Source: an uncultured Candidatus Saccharibacteria bacterium (GTDB lineage: Bacteria > Patescibacteriota > Minisyncoccia > Phycocordibacterales > WO2-35-19). Taken from it: DNA of 54,159 nucleotides. Position numbers and translations under genes: made by a program. Shown in pieces: positions 33,840-41,209 of the stretch. The notes under the pieces are model-generated. The model did no database searches. It was not told where the DNA came from and saw nothing but the letters and a program-made list of their open reading frames with translations. Location of the stretch: the NCBI GenBank assembly GCA_964455485.1, contig CAYVXT010000034.1:1-54159 (forward strand), read 5' to 3'. Within the stretch, counting starts at the first letter, position 1; every line of letters begins with the position of its first letter.

Positions 33840-34097
33840 GTGCCAATCACAAGTTCAGCAAAAAAGGCCCTCCGATCTTCTAAAAAGAAGAAGGTTTTTA
33901 ATTTGAAAAGGAAGGGTGAAATGAATAATGTAATAAAGGAATATAAAAAACTTATTGTTTCTAAAGATGGAAAGGCTGCAGAAAAGCTTTTGCCAAAACT
34001 TCAAAAAGCAATAGATAAGGCAGAGAAAAGGGGAGTGATAAAGAAAAATACTGCAGCCCGAAAAAAATCTCGTCTCATGAAAAAACTAGGCAAGTAA
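33840..34097 (+). CDS. rpsT: 30S ribosomal protein S20
   Basis: MPITSSAKKALRSSKKKKVFNLKRK..., a basic 85-aa protein with a GTG start. Confidence 0.85.
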   Translation: MPITSSAKKALRSSKKKKVFNLKRKGEMNNVIKEYKKLIVSKDGKAAEKLLPKLQKAIDKAEKRGVIKKNTAARKKSRLMKKLGK

Positions 34098-34104
34098 ATA
34101 AATC

Positions 34105-34128
34105 AAAAAATCCCTCACGGGATTTTTT
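34105..34128. terminator. bidirectional rho-independent terminator
   Basis: aaaaaatccc-tcac-gggatttttt forms a 10-bp stem between the convergent rpsT and yhhQ. Confidence 0.75.
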
Positions 34129-34147
34129 GATTGGAGATTTTGCTAAA

Positions 34148-34852
34148 CTATTTATTTTCTGAAAGATGGAATGGATTGTAGCTTATACCTTTGTCGTAGA
34201 CATCAATTCCTTCTGCTTTTTTGAGCTTACCAACAATCCAGTAAGTTATCGGAGTCGCTGCAATTTCGTAAGCAACTTTTACTAAGTATCCTGAAATAAT
34301 AATGCTCATCAGAGCAGATGTTGGGACAGTGCCAGCAAATGCAATAGTGGCAAAGATTATGCTGTCTACACCTTCTCCAACAATAGTAGAACCGACAGTT
34401 CTCATCCAAAGTCTCTTTCCTTGCATCCAGACTTTCATCCGTGAGAGGACATAAGAGTTGCTGAATTCGCCTGCAAAATAGGCTGTAATTGAGGCTATAA
34501 CGATCCTGGGGACTGCACCGAGGATTACTTCATATGCCCCCTGATTCTGCCAAAATGGAGCTGGTGGCAGCAATTGAACTAGATAGTAGCAAAGGGACAT
34601 AAAAATAATTGCTATAAATCCGGACCAGATTATCTTCCGAGAAGCTTTATATCCATACACTTCAGTAAGAACATCACCAAAAATATAGCTAATTGGAAAA
34701 ACAAAAATTGCTCCAGCTAGAGAGAGGGACCCAATTTGGATTATCTTAGAACCAACGGTATTAGAAATCATCAAAACGGCAACGAACAAAATAGCAATGT
34801 AGATAAAATACTTACTATTTCTGGAAATATCTGCTCTTGGTTCTGTTTCCAT
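34148..34852 (-). CDS. yhhQ: queuosine-precursor transporter (YhhQ/VUT family)
   Basis: Multi-TM protein with FPISYIFGDVLTEVYGYKASRKIIW, the signature region I associate with YhhQ/COG1738. Confidence 0.75.
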   Translation of the reverse strand: METEPRADISRNSKYFIYIAILFVAVLMISNTVGSKIIQIGSLSLAGAIFVFPISYIFGDVLTEVYGYKASRKIIWSGFIAIIFMSLCYYLVQLLPPAPFWQNQGAYEVILGAVPRIVIASITAYFAGEFSNSYVLSRMKVWMQGKRLWMRTVGSTIVGEGVDSIIFATIAFAGTVPTSALMSIIISGYLVKVAYEIAATPITYWIVGKLKKAEGIDVYDKGISYNPFHLSENK

Positions 34853-34903
34853 ATTTGTGTAGGATTATGTATAAAAGATATCGCAAACTTAATAATTATC
34901 AAT

Positions 34904-35626
34904 ATGACTTTAAATACTTACGACGAGAATTTATCAAATACTTTTAGGAAGTCAGATGTAAAGCCTGACAAACAGTTTTCTTTTTTACCTACAGTACTTT
35001 CAATTATTGGTGATCTGTCAGGAAAAACGGCTCTAGATTTAGGGTGTGGCGATGGTTTCTTCACCAAATCTCTTTCCCAAGCTGGAGCTCAAAAAGTAAT
35101 TGGGATTGATAATTCTAAAGAGCAAATAAAGTTAGCGGAATCACAGCCTCATGGCAAGAATATTGTTTATCAACTTGGAGATATCTTCAAAGACGAATTA
35201 CCAAAAGCGGATATCGCTCTCACTCCTTTTGTAGTTAATTATTCGGAATCTTTAGGGCAATTAGAGTTTCTCTTTAAGAACATTTACCAAAGTTTATCGG
35301 AAGGTGGAAAAGTGGTATTGATGGTCGATCAACCAAGAGGAAAAGACCTTAAAAAGTTTGGGAGTGTGAAAACATTACAAGGAGAAGAAGTTGATGGAAC
35401 AAAAATTAAAATTGACCTCTATAACGGAGAGGAATTTATTTGCACGCTCTATTCTATTTATTACACCCCAGAGACTTTAGAAAATACTTTAATTGAAGTT
35501 GGCTTTAAAAATATTAAATGGCATACACCTATAGTTTCGGAGGAAGGCATACAGAAATTCGGTAGAGATTTCTGGGAAGGTTTTCAAGAAAACTCTGAGC
35601 TTGGATATATCAGTGCAGAAAAATAA
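34904..35626 (+). CDS. class I SAM-dependent methyltransferase
   Basis: I prefer the ATG at 34904 because the listed start at 34736 overlaps yhhQ. Motif I is ALDLGCGDGFFT. Confidence 0.75.
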   Translation: MTLNTYDENLSNTFRKSDVKPDKQFSFLPTVLSIIGDLSGKTALDLGCGDGFFTKSLSQAGAQKVIGIDNSKEQIKLAESQPHGKNIVYQLGDIFKDELPKADIALTPFVVNYSESLGQLEFLFKNIYQSLSEGGKVVLMVDQPRGKDLKKFGSVKTLQGEEVDGTKIKIDLYNGEEFICTLYSIYYTPETLENTLIEVGFKNIKWHTPIVSEEGIQKFGRDFWEGFQENSELGYISAEK

Positions 35627-35630
35627 TTTT

Positions 35631-35651
35631 TGCTCCCAGTAAGCCCAATCG
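35631..35651 (-). repeat. degenerate duplicate of the 3' end of tRNA-Arg(GCG)
   Basis: tgctcccagta (35631-35641) is identical to 35727-35737, the tRNA discriminator base, acceptor 3' strand and start of the T arm. The match continues as aatcg after a 3-nt indel. Confidence 0.7.
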
Positions 35652-35726
35652 TTGCTGTGCACGAATCGGGTTTTGGTTGCTGACAATGATCATCCTCCGG
35701 ATGCATTTGTATGCACCGCTACGCGG

Positions 35727-35798
35727 TGCTCCCAGTAGGAATCGAACCTACATTTTAACTTCCGCAAAGTCATGTCCTATCCATTGAACGATGGGAGC
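35727..35798 (-). tRNA. tRNA-Arg (anticodon GCG)
   Basis: The minus strand reads GCTCCCA-TC-GTTC-AATGGATA-GGAC-A-TGACT-TTGCGGA-AGTTA-AAAT-GTAGG-TTCGATT-CCTAC-TGGGAGC-A. U33 is present and positions 34-36 are GCG. Confidence 0.85.
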
Positions 35799-35847
35799 CT
35801 TTATTACTGCCACACATTAACAAAAAAGTGGCTTTGTTGCCACTTTT

Positions 35848-36315
35848 TTATCTCGCCAAGAGTTTATCAAACCATTTATGGATTATTGATTCTTGAAGAT
35901 ATTCTTCTTCCAAAAATTCTAAAAGGATTTCTCTTAAGTCGTTTAAATCTATTTCATCACTAACCGGTATGATAACGAGAGGGGAAAGCGAACCAAGTGG
36001 GTGAATGAGTATTCTATCTCCATGAATGTGGTCATCTTCGATCCAAAAAGATCGTTGTGATAGCCAAGGATACATTTGCCTTCCAACGATAATACCTTTA
36101 GGAACAATTTTGATATTTAAATCCCTCGTTTCTTTATATGAAAGGAGTCCAATTGTAAACCCAGCAATGATTATAAAAATTCCAAATAGAAAATTATCAA
36201 AATAAAACGCCAGCACTGAAGCGGCAATCGTTATAATACCGAGTATCCAATACCAATCATTACTTTTTTTATCAAAATGATGTTCTGGCGAATGCCATTC
36301 TAAAATGGTTTCCAT
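35848..36315 (-). CDS. hypothetical membrane protein (two TM helices plus a soluble C-terminal domain)
   Basis: 155-aa ORF (WYWILGIITIAASVLAFYF, FGIFIIIAGFTIGLL). No family recognised. Confidence 0.6.
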   Translation of the reverse strand: METILEWHSPEHHFDKKSNDWYWILGIITIAASVLAFYFDNFLFGIFIIIAGFTIGLLSYKETRDLNIKIVPKGIIVGRQMYPWLSQRSFWIEDDHIHGDRILIHPLGSLSPLVIIPVSDEIDLNDLREILLEFLEEEYLQESIIHKWFDKLLAR

Positions 36316-36375
36316 ATAAATATTTTATCATATACAAGTCAAATATGAGGGGAGAGTGTGTGTATGTGGGATTAA

Positions 36376-36411
36376 TTATTCTAATTATACTAATTAACCT
36401 AAGTACCCTAA
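36376..36411 (-). repeat. array of four contiguous 9-bp iterons (minus strand: ttagggtac|ttaggttaa|ttagtataa|ttagaataa)
   Basis: Plus strand reads ttattctaa|ttatactaa|ttaacctaa|gtaccctaa. Same unit family as 2916-2951 and 4076-4111, and the 13-mer ctaagtaccctaa is shared with the reverse complement of 4094-4106. Lies ~60 nt upstream of the minus-strand gene starting at 36315. Flanked by gggatt / aatccc. Confidence 0.8.
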
Positions 36412-36462
36412 ATAAATCCCAATACACAAAATTCCCTGTTCTGATTAGGGCTTGGGTATTGT

Positions 36463-36498
36463 TTAGAATAATTAGAACAATTAGGTCAATTAGAATAA
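36463..36498 (+). repeat. array of four contiguous 9-bp iterons (ttagaataa|ttagaacaa|ttaggtcaa|ttagaataa)
   Basis: Read directly. Inverted relative to the 36376-36411 array, with a 51-nt spacer. Ends 6 nt from the stop of the 36505-36870 gene. Confidence 0.8.
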
Positions 36499-36504
36499 TT
36501 TCCT

Positions 36505-36870
36505 CTATCTCACAACACTTCCCGGAGGCACATCGTTTCCAAATTTCATAAGTGAAAAGAAGCTTCCGCTTTCAGTCTCGCCAGAAACCGCCATTATCAT
36601 AGCCTGACTCTCTAGCCCCATTATTTGGCGAGGTTCTAGGTTTGTGACGAATCCACAGATTGTGCCAACCAACTCTTCTGGTTTTATAAATTTTGCTATG
36701 CCCGAAACCACTTGGCGGGTTTCTCTTCCTTTGCCCACCGAAGCTTCAGCGAAGGCGGGACCAAAATCTACCGAAAGCTTTAAAAGCTTCTCAGACCCTT
36801 CCACTGGCTCAGCACTAAGCACCTTGCCAGCTCGTATTTCTACCTTCTTAAAATCATCAATTGAAATCAT
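36505..36870 (-). CDS. tRNA-binding domain protein (CsaA/Trbp111-like)
   Basis: MISIDDFKKVEIRAGKVLSAEPVEGSEKLLKLSVDFG...VVSGIAKFIKPEELVG...LEPRQIMGLESQAMIMA has the OB-fold tRNA-binding domain pattern. Confidence 0.8.
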   Translation of the reverse strand: MISIDDFKKVEIRAGKVLSAEPVEGSEKLLKLSVDFGPAFAEASVGKGRETRQVVSGIAKFIKPEELVGTICGFVTNLEPRQIMGLESQAMIMAVSGETESGSFFSLMKFGNDVPPGSVVR

Positions 36871-36938
36871 TTAGATATACTACATCAATTTTAACTTTGC
36901 TAAAAGTCAATTTTTTGCTAGTATTCCTTTGTTAATAA

Positions 36939-37023
36939 GGAGGGGTGGCAGAGTGGTCTATCGCACTTGTCTTGAAAACAAGAGTCTCGAAAGGGACCGT
37001 GAGTTCGAATCTCACCCCCTCCG
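36939..37023 (+). tRNA. tRNA-Ser (anticodon UGA)
   Basis: Acceptor GGAGGGG/CCCCTCC, anticodon arm CTTGT-CTTGAAA-ACAAG, a long variable arm (AGTCTCGAAAGGGACC), T arm GTGAG-TTCGAAT-CTCAC, discriminator G. Confidence 0.9.
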
Positions 37024-37098
37024 CCTTCGGTCCGCAGTAGCGGACCTTCGGCGTGACGAAGTCCGCCAAGTAGGGACGCGAAGGCGACCTTCGCTGCA

Positions 37099-37332
37099 AT
37101 GAATTATGTGTATTCTTTAAAATGCAAAGACGGATTCTACATCGGTTGTACCAATGATTTAAAGGATAGGATAAAAAGACACAAGGCTGGACAAGTTGAT
37201 GCTACAAAAAATAGATTGCCTGTAGAGCTAGATTTTTATATAGCACTAGATAATCAATACAAAGCTTTCAAATTTGAAAAATATTTAAAATCAGGCTCTG
37301 GCAGAGCTTTTATAAAGAGGCATTTTATTTGA
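37099..37332 (+). CDS. small GIY-YIG nuclease-family protein
   Basis: YVYSLKCKDGFYIGCTNDLKDRIKRHKAG...RLPVELDFY...FEKYLKSGSGRAF shows the GIY-YIG pattern (Y..Y.G.T.dl..R...H). Preceded by a GC-rich, hairpin-rich 75-nt leader. Confidence 0.8.
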   Translation: MNYVYSLKCKDGFYIGCTNDLKDRIKRHKAGQVDATKNRLPVELDFYIALDNQYKAFKFEKYLKSGSGRAFIKRHFI

Positions 37333-37347
37333 TGTATTCCTGACCGG

Positions 37348-37363
37348 ATCTCACCCCCTCCGC
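37348..37363 (+). repeat. direct repeat of the tRNA-Ser 3' end (att-like)
   Basis: atctcaccccctccgc is identical over 16 nt to 37009-37024 (T-arm 3' strand, acceptor 3' strand, discriminator and one further base). Confidence 0.85.
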
Positions 37364-37474
37364 AGCTCGAATTTGTTAATTTGCAAAGTGTTTTTACTTC
37401 AATTTTTTGAAGGGGTGTTAGAGTTAGAACTTTTGTAGATTTATAACAAAACCAGGTTGTGATAAAGTTTTAAT

Positions 37475-38092
37475 ATGGAAGAGTTTCCAACTTCAAGGTC
37501 TATATATAAATCAGAAAGAGAAAACCAGGACGAAATCACGGTTCGTCATCAGCCAACTGTTGAAAATATGGGCGAAGGTAAATTTCGTTATAAATTTGAG
37601 TTTCCGAACTTCTCTGTGGTAGCAGATTTAGGAGAAAATAATTTAACTTACAAAATTGAGTTTGAGGCTGGAGGGAAGACGTATAACTTTTTGGCAGATT
37701 TGCCAGATGATTATAAGTTTCTCATGACTTTCTACCCATCTGGAAAAGTCTTTTCTAGAAAAAGAGAAATAAGAGGGATTCTTTTCGATTCAGTCGGAAG
37801 TATTTTAAGTAATTCTCATGAAAAAGGTCATGTTAAATATCAGGAAAGCAGGACTCCAGAAGAATTGGATAAAAACCTCTCAATTTTCGGAAAGTTGCAA
37901 AGAGGTGAACCTGTAAACGAAGAAGAAAGAAATTCAATTCTGGAAGAAGAACAATTTGCCTGGGATGAAGTAAGGTCGGAAATAAAGAAAATTGAAGAAA
38001 CATTAGGCATAACAATTGTTCAAGATGAAAGTGTAAAAGATTCTTATATTCAGCGTAGACTCGATACTTACGCTAAGTTAGGTCATGATTAA
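37475..38092 (+). CDS. hypothetical protein
   Basis: 205-aa ORF. No motif recognised. Confidence 0.55.
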   Translation: MEEFPTSRSIYKSERENQDEITVRHQPTVENMGEGKFRYKFEFPNFSVVADLGENNLTYKIEFEAGGKTYNFLADLPDDYKFLMTFYPSGKVFSRKREIRGILFDSVGSILSNSHEKGHVKYQESRTPEELDKNLSIFGKLQRGEPVNEEERNSILEEEQFAWDEVRSEIKKIEETLGITIVQDESVKDSYIQRRLDTYAKLGHD

Positions 38093-38109
38093 GTTTATAA
38101 ATTAAAAAT

Positions 38110-38433
38110 ATGATTGCTTGGATTATTCCATTAGCCATTCTTATATTTTTTGAAGCAATTGCGGATATTTTCGCTAAAGAATGGTCTTTAGGGAATAGGT
38201 CTTTTGCTTATGCCGTTCTTTCTCTAGTAGCATATTTGTTGGCTAACTCATCTTGGTTAATTGCTCTTAAATACGGCTCAGGCCTTGCGAGAGGGGCAAT
38301 CATTTTTTCAGTTGCATCTGCCATACTAGCTTCCGTTATTGGTTTGGTTTTCTATAAAGAACAATTATCAACTGTTCAGCTAATCGGAGTATTTATTGGT
38401 ATCATCTCGATAGTTCTTATTGTTTGGGAGTAG
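38110..38433 (+). CDS. small multidrug-resistance (SMR/DMT-like) four-TM membrane protein
   Basis: 107 aa with four hydrophobic helices and a conserved-looking Glu in TM1 (FFEAIADIFAKEW). Confidence 0.6.
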   Translation: MIAWIIPLAILIFFEAIADIFAKEWSLGNRSFAYAVLSLVAYLLANSSWLIALKYGSGLARGAIIFSVASAILASVIGLVFYKEQLSTVQLIGVFIGIISIVLIVWE

Positions 38434-38503
38434 GGATTTTTACCAAGTTCCCACAATCTTAAATTTAGTGTAAGCTGAGAGCATTAAATAGGTTCTAACT
38501 TCG

Positions 38504-38519
38504 TCTAATACCCTCCGCA
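38504..38519 (+). repeat. third, degenerate copy of the tRNA-Ser 3' end
   Basis: tctaataccctccgca matches tctcaccccctccgca (37349-37364) at 13 of 16 positions, including 10 consecutive bases at the 3' end. Confidence 0.5.
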
Positions 38520-38558
38520 AATTTTGAATGCGCAGCCTGATTCCTGTATAGTTTTACC

Positions 38559-39248
38559 ATGGGTCTTGAAGGCATAAACCACAATATAGAGAGAAGAGAA
38601 TTTCCTCCGAAGTCAGTAGCTATATTTGATTTTGATGGAACAATAGCAGATTCGCGAGATACGGTGGGTCATATTGTCAATGAACTTGCAGACGAATATG
38701 GTTATGAAAAACTAAATGAGAGTGAAATTTTGAAATATACTAGTAAAAAAGCTCAAGATTTTCTTAGAGAAGATCTGAAATTGTCTTGGCTAAGAATACC
38801 TGGTTTTGCGGCTAAGCTCCGATCAGAATTAAATAAAAAAATAGCAGAATTAAAACCAACCAGTGGGATAGTTGAAGTTGTTAAGTAACTCAAATCTCGT
38901 AATTATAAACTTGGTATCGTTTCTTCTAATTCTGAAGATAATATCAAACAATTTCTTATCAATAATGATATTGATATCTTTGATTTTATTAGTTCGGGGA
39001 GCAGTTTGTTAGGAAAGGCGAGAAATCTTAGAAAAACTATAAGTGCAGAAGGGTTTGAAGCTAAAGATGTTGTATATATTGGCGACGAGATACGTGATAA
39101 AGCTGCGGCAGATGCTGCGGGCATTGATATTATAATAGTGAGTTGGGGCTATAACTCTAAAGATTCATTAGAGAAAAGCAACAAGAGTATTATTATAGAT
39201 TCACCAAATGAGTTACTAGATTTACTGCCTTCTTTTGAAGAGATATAA
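38559..39248 (+). pseudogene. HAD-family phosphatase interrupted by a single in-frame TAA
   Basis: ORFs 38559-38888 and 39006-39248 are in the same frame. Reading through the TAA at 38886-38888 gives ...VAIFDFDGTIADS (motif I)...GIVEVVK*LKSRNYKLGIVSSNS (motif II)...VVYIGDEIRDKAAADAAG (motif IV). There are no other stops. Confidence 0.75.
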
Positions 39249-39347
39249 AATTCCAATTCTTTCTAAGAACTACCATGGTCATTACTCATTAAAGATCTAT
39301 AATTATTGGTTATAATAGTATAAAAATACTAAAATTTTAAAATTAAA

Positions 39348-39728
39348 ATGTTGTTGGTGAGAACAAAGGTAAGATATAGCAGGAGAAATAAAATAACCGG
39401 AGTTGGTTTGCTCGCTGCCCAATATACCAGCCAAAACTTTAGTGTGGAAATTTGACTCAAGATTTGATTTTTTTTTGATCCAAAACAAGTTGAGAGTCTT
39501 CCAGAAATCCAAAGAGAAATGATTAAAGATGGTGGTTACATTTCGTATCTTACCAACGCATACGTTTGTTCAATAGATAATTCTAGGTTTATAAATAGCT
39601 CTTCGAAACCAAATATAGATGATACACAAGTTTTACCGGGGGACACTGAAATATCTTGGATTGCAACGAAAGATATCTACGAAGGAGAAGAGTTGACAAC
39701 ACAAATTAAACGCCCAAAAGCGGAATAA
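39348..39728 (+). pseudogene. SET-domain protein gene disrupted by two nearby compensating frameshifts
   Basis: The ATG at 39348 gives MLLVRTKVRYSRRNKITGVGLLAAQYTSQNFSVEI*. The same frame reopens after the TGA at 39465-39467 and runs to 39728 (…RFINSSSKPN…YEGEELT, a SET-like C-terminus). The +1 frame between ~39445 and the T9 run (39468-39476) reads WKFDSRFDFF, which fits the family as I remember it. Confidence 0.5.
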
Positions 39729-39752
39729 CTCTTGCTAATAAATGCTTTGAGT

Positions 39753-39986
39753 TTATTGAGAAGGAGAAGAAGTTTCTTCTTTTGTTTCAATTTTATATTT
39801 TCTTGCAACAAACAAAATGTATATCAGGTCTAATATACCCAAAGTATTGGAAATAAAAAGTATAATAAACCACAATTTGTGGGAGAGACGAGCTGAATAC
39901 CAAATAGCAAAACCTTTAATAGGTAGTGTGATCACAGAAAGACCTACAAGCCAGATATTTTGGGAAATAAATTGTTCAACTGTCAT
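39753..39986 (-). CDS. small two-TM membrane protein (DUF5652-like)
   Basis: WLVGLSVITLPIKGFAIWYSARLSHKLWFIILFISNTLGILDLIYILFV matches the pattern I recall for a small membrane family common in CPR genomes. Confidence 0.6.
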   Translation of the reverse strand: MTVEQFISQNIWLVGLSVITLPIKGFAIWYSARLSHKLWFIILFISNTLGILDLIYILFVARKYKIETKEETSSPSQ

Positions 39987-40031
39987 ACAAAAAATTATAG
40001 CAAATTACTGCGATTTTGCTATGCTCTAGGT

Positions 40032-40451
40032 ATGAGATATCTAGGAATTGATTTTGGCACCAAAAAAATTGGATTAGCCATTTCAGATGATGAAAACAAA
40101 TTGGCTTTTCCATATAAAGTGATTGGAAGTGGTGTAAATACAATTGAAGAAATAAAAAATATTATTGCAAATCAAAATATTGGCGAAGTGGTGATCGGGG
40201 AGTCTAAAGATTTTGAAGGTAAAGAAAATAAATTGATGAAAGTGGCAAATCAATTTAAAAATGATTTAGAAAAAGATGGCGTTGTGGTGCATTTTGAACC
40301 CGAATTTTTAACATCACACCAAGCAGAAAAGTTTTTTATAGACGATCGAAGAAGCGGGGCAAAGATGGAAAAAATGAAAGGAAAAGACGATATGCTCGAT
40401 GCTAGGGCTGCTGCTATTATCTTACAATCATTTTTGGATAAGCTTCGTTGA
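40032..40451 (+). CDS. ruvX: putative pre-16S rRNA nuclease / Holliday junction resolvase-like protein YqgF
   Basis: I prefer the ATG at 40032: MRYLGIDFGTKKIGLAISD...DERLTS-like FLTSHQAE...AAAIILQSFLD. Confidence 0.8.
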   Translation: MRYLGIDFGTKKIGLAISDDENKLAFPYKVIGSGVNTIEEIKNIIANQNIGEVVIGESKDFEGKENKLMKVANQFKNDLEKDGVVVHFEPEFLTSHQAEKFFIDDRRSGAKMEKMKGKDDMLDARAAAIILQSFLDKLR

Positions 40452-40479
40452 TGTGCCTTTAATTTGGTATAATGTACCA

Positions 40480-40767
40480 ATGAAAACAATAATAATCAGG
40501 TACAAAGTAAAGGAAGATAGAGTTGAAGAAAATATAAATCTTATTAAAAAAGTTTTTGAGGAGCTTAAAGAACTTAACCCTGCAGATTTTAAATATAAAA
40601 GCTATTTTTTGAAAGAGAGCGGAGAGTTTGTGCATATCGCTGAAATATATGGAGAGGAAAACCCTATCACCAAAGTCAAAGCGTTTGCAGAGTTCCAAAA
40701 AGATTTGAAAGACAGGTGCATTGAACCGCCACTCGCCACTACACCGGAATTAATAGGTGAGTTTTAA
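40480..40767 (+). CDS. small ABM/Dabb-like protein (hypothetical)
   Basis: I prefer the ATG at 40480, preceded by an extended -10 tggtataat at 40465-40473. The 95-aa protein has an alpha+beta pattern. The family call is weak. Confidence 0.45.
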   Translation: MKTIIIRYKVKEDRVEENINLIKKVFEELKELNPADFKYKSYFLKESGEFVHIAEIYGEENPITKVKAFAEFQKDLKDRCIEPPLATTPELIGEF

Positions 40768-40772
40768 AAATT

Positions 40773-41138
40773 ATGAATTTCACAAGGTTTAGTCTGATAT
40801 ACCTTGCCACCTACCTAACTGTAGGAGGTTTGGGTTTTCTTTTTATACCAACACAATTTAGTGACGTACTTTTAAGCAATACAACATACGAGGAAATACC
40901 TTTGCGTCTCGCGGGAATGTTTTCGCTTCTTTTAGGTATTGTGGTAATACAAATTGTAAGGAAAAGTGTTTTTGAGCTTTATAAAACAAGTTTGATAGCC
41001 AGACTCATAGGGCTTTTATCTCTCGGATCTTTTTATTTTATGACTTCAAACCCAATGTTTATCACCTTGTTTTGCATTGTTGGGGCAGGGCTTATTTTGA
41101 CTCTAATTGGTATATCAAAGGACTCTACAGGAGCATAA
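40773..41138 (+). CDS. hypothetical four-TM membrane protein
   Basis: 121-aa hydrophobic ORF 5 nt after the previous stop. Confidence 0.55.
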   Translation: MNFTRFSLIYLATYLTVGGLGFLFIPTQFSDVLLSNTTYEEIPLRLAGMFSLLLGIVVIQIVRKSVFELYKTSLIARLIGLLSLGSFYFMTSNPMFITLFCIVGAGLILTLIGISKDSTGA

Positions 41139-41209
41139 TTAGGGTAATAAAAATGAAGTATGATATAATTCTGCAATTACAAAACGGAATTATTATTTAG
41201 TAAATATAC

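Noticed and set aside
34736-34903. Upstream extension of the methyltransferase ORF.
   Set aside because: It overlaps the 5' end of yhhQ on the other strand and encodes no recognisable sequence. The internal ATG at 34904 gives a normal methyltransferase N-terminus.
34853-34903. Possible preQ1 riboswitch upstream of the queuosine-precursor transporter yhhQ.
   Set aside because: Only 51 nt are available. I could not find the conserved hairpin plus A-rich tail (…CCC…AAAAAACUA…) on the minus strand.
36345-36551. 68-aa plus-strand ORF (…RIIRTIRSIRIIS…).
   Set aside because: Its periodic sequence is the translation of the 9-bp iteron arrays. It overlaps the 3' end of the tRNA-binding protein gene and has no start context.
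39453-39467. The two in-frame TGA codons in the SET-domain gene as evidence for UGA-to-Gly recoding (genetic code 25, as in Gracilibacteria/Absconditabacteria).
   Set aside because: TGA terminates well-defined genes here (dnaA at 13926-13928, tsaE at 24708-24710, the GIY-YIG gene). No conserved housekeeping ORF in the window is interrupted by TGA. A double frameshift explains the region better.
39303-39512. Minus-strand 69-aa ORF.
   Set aside because: It is antisense to the N-terminal half of the disrupted SET-domain gene, and its product has no recognisable features.
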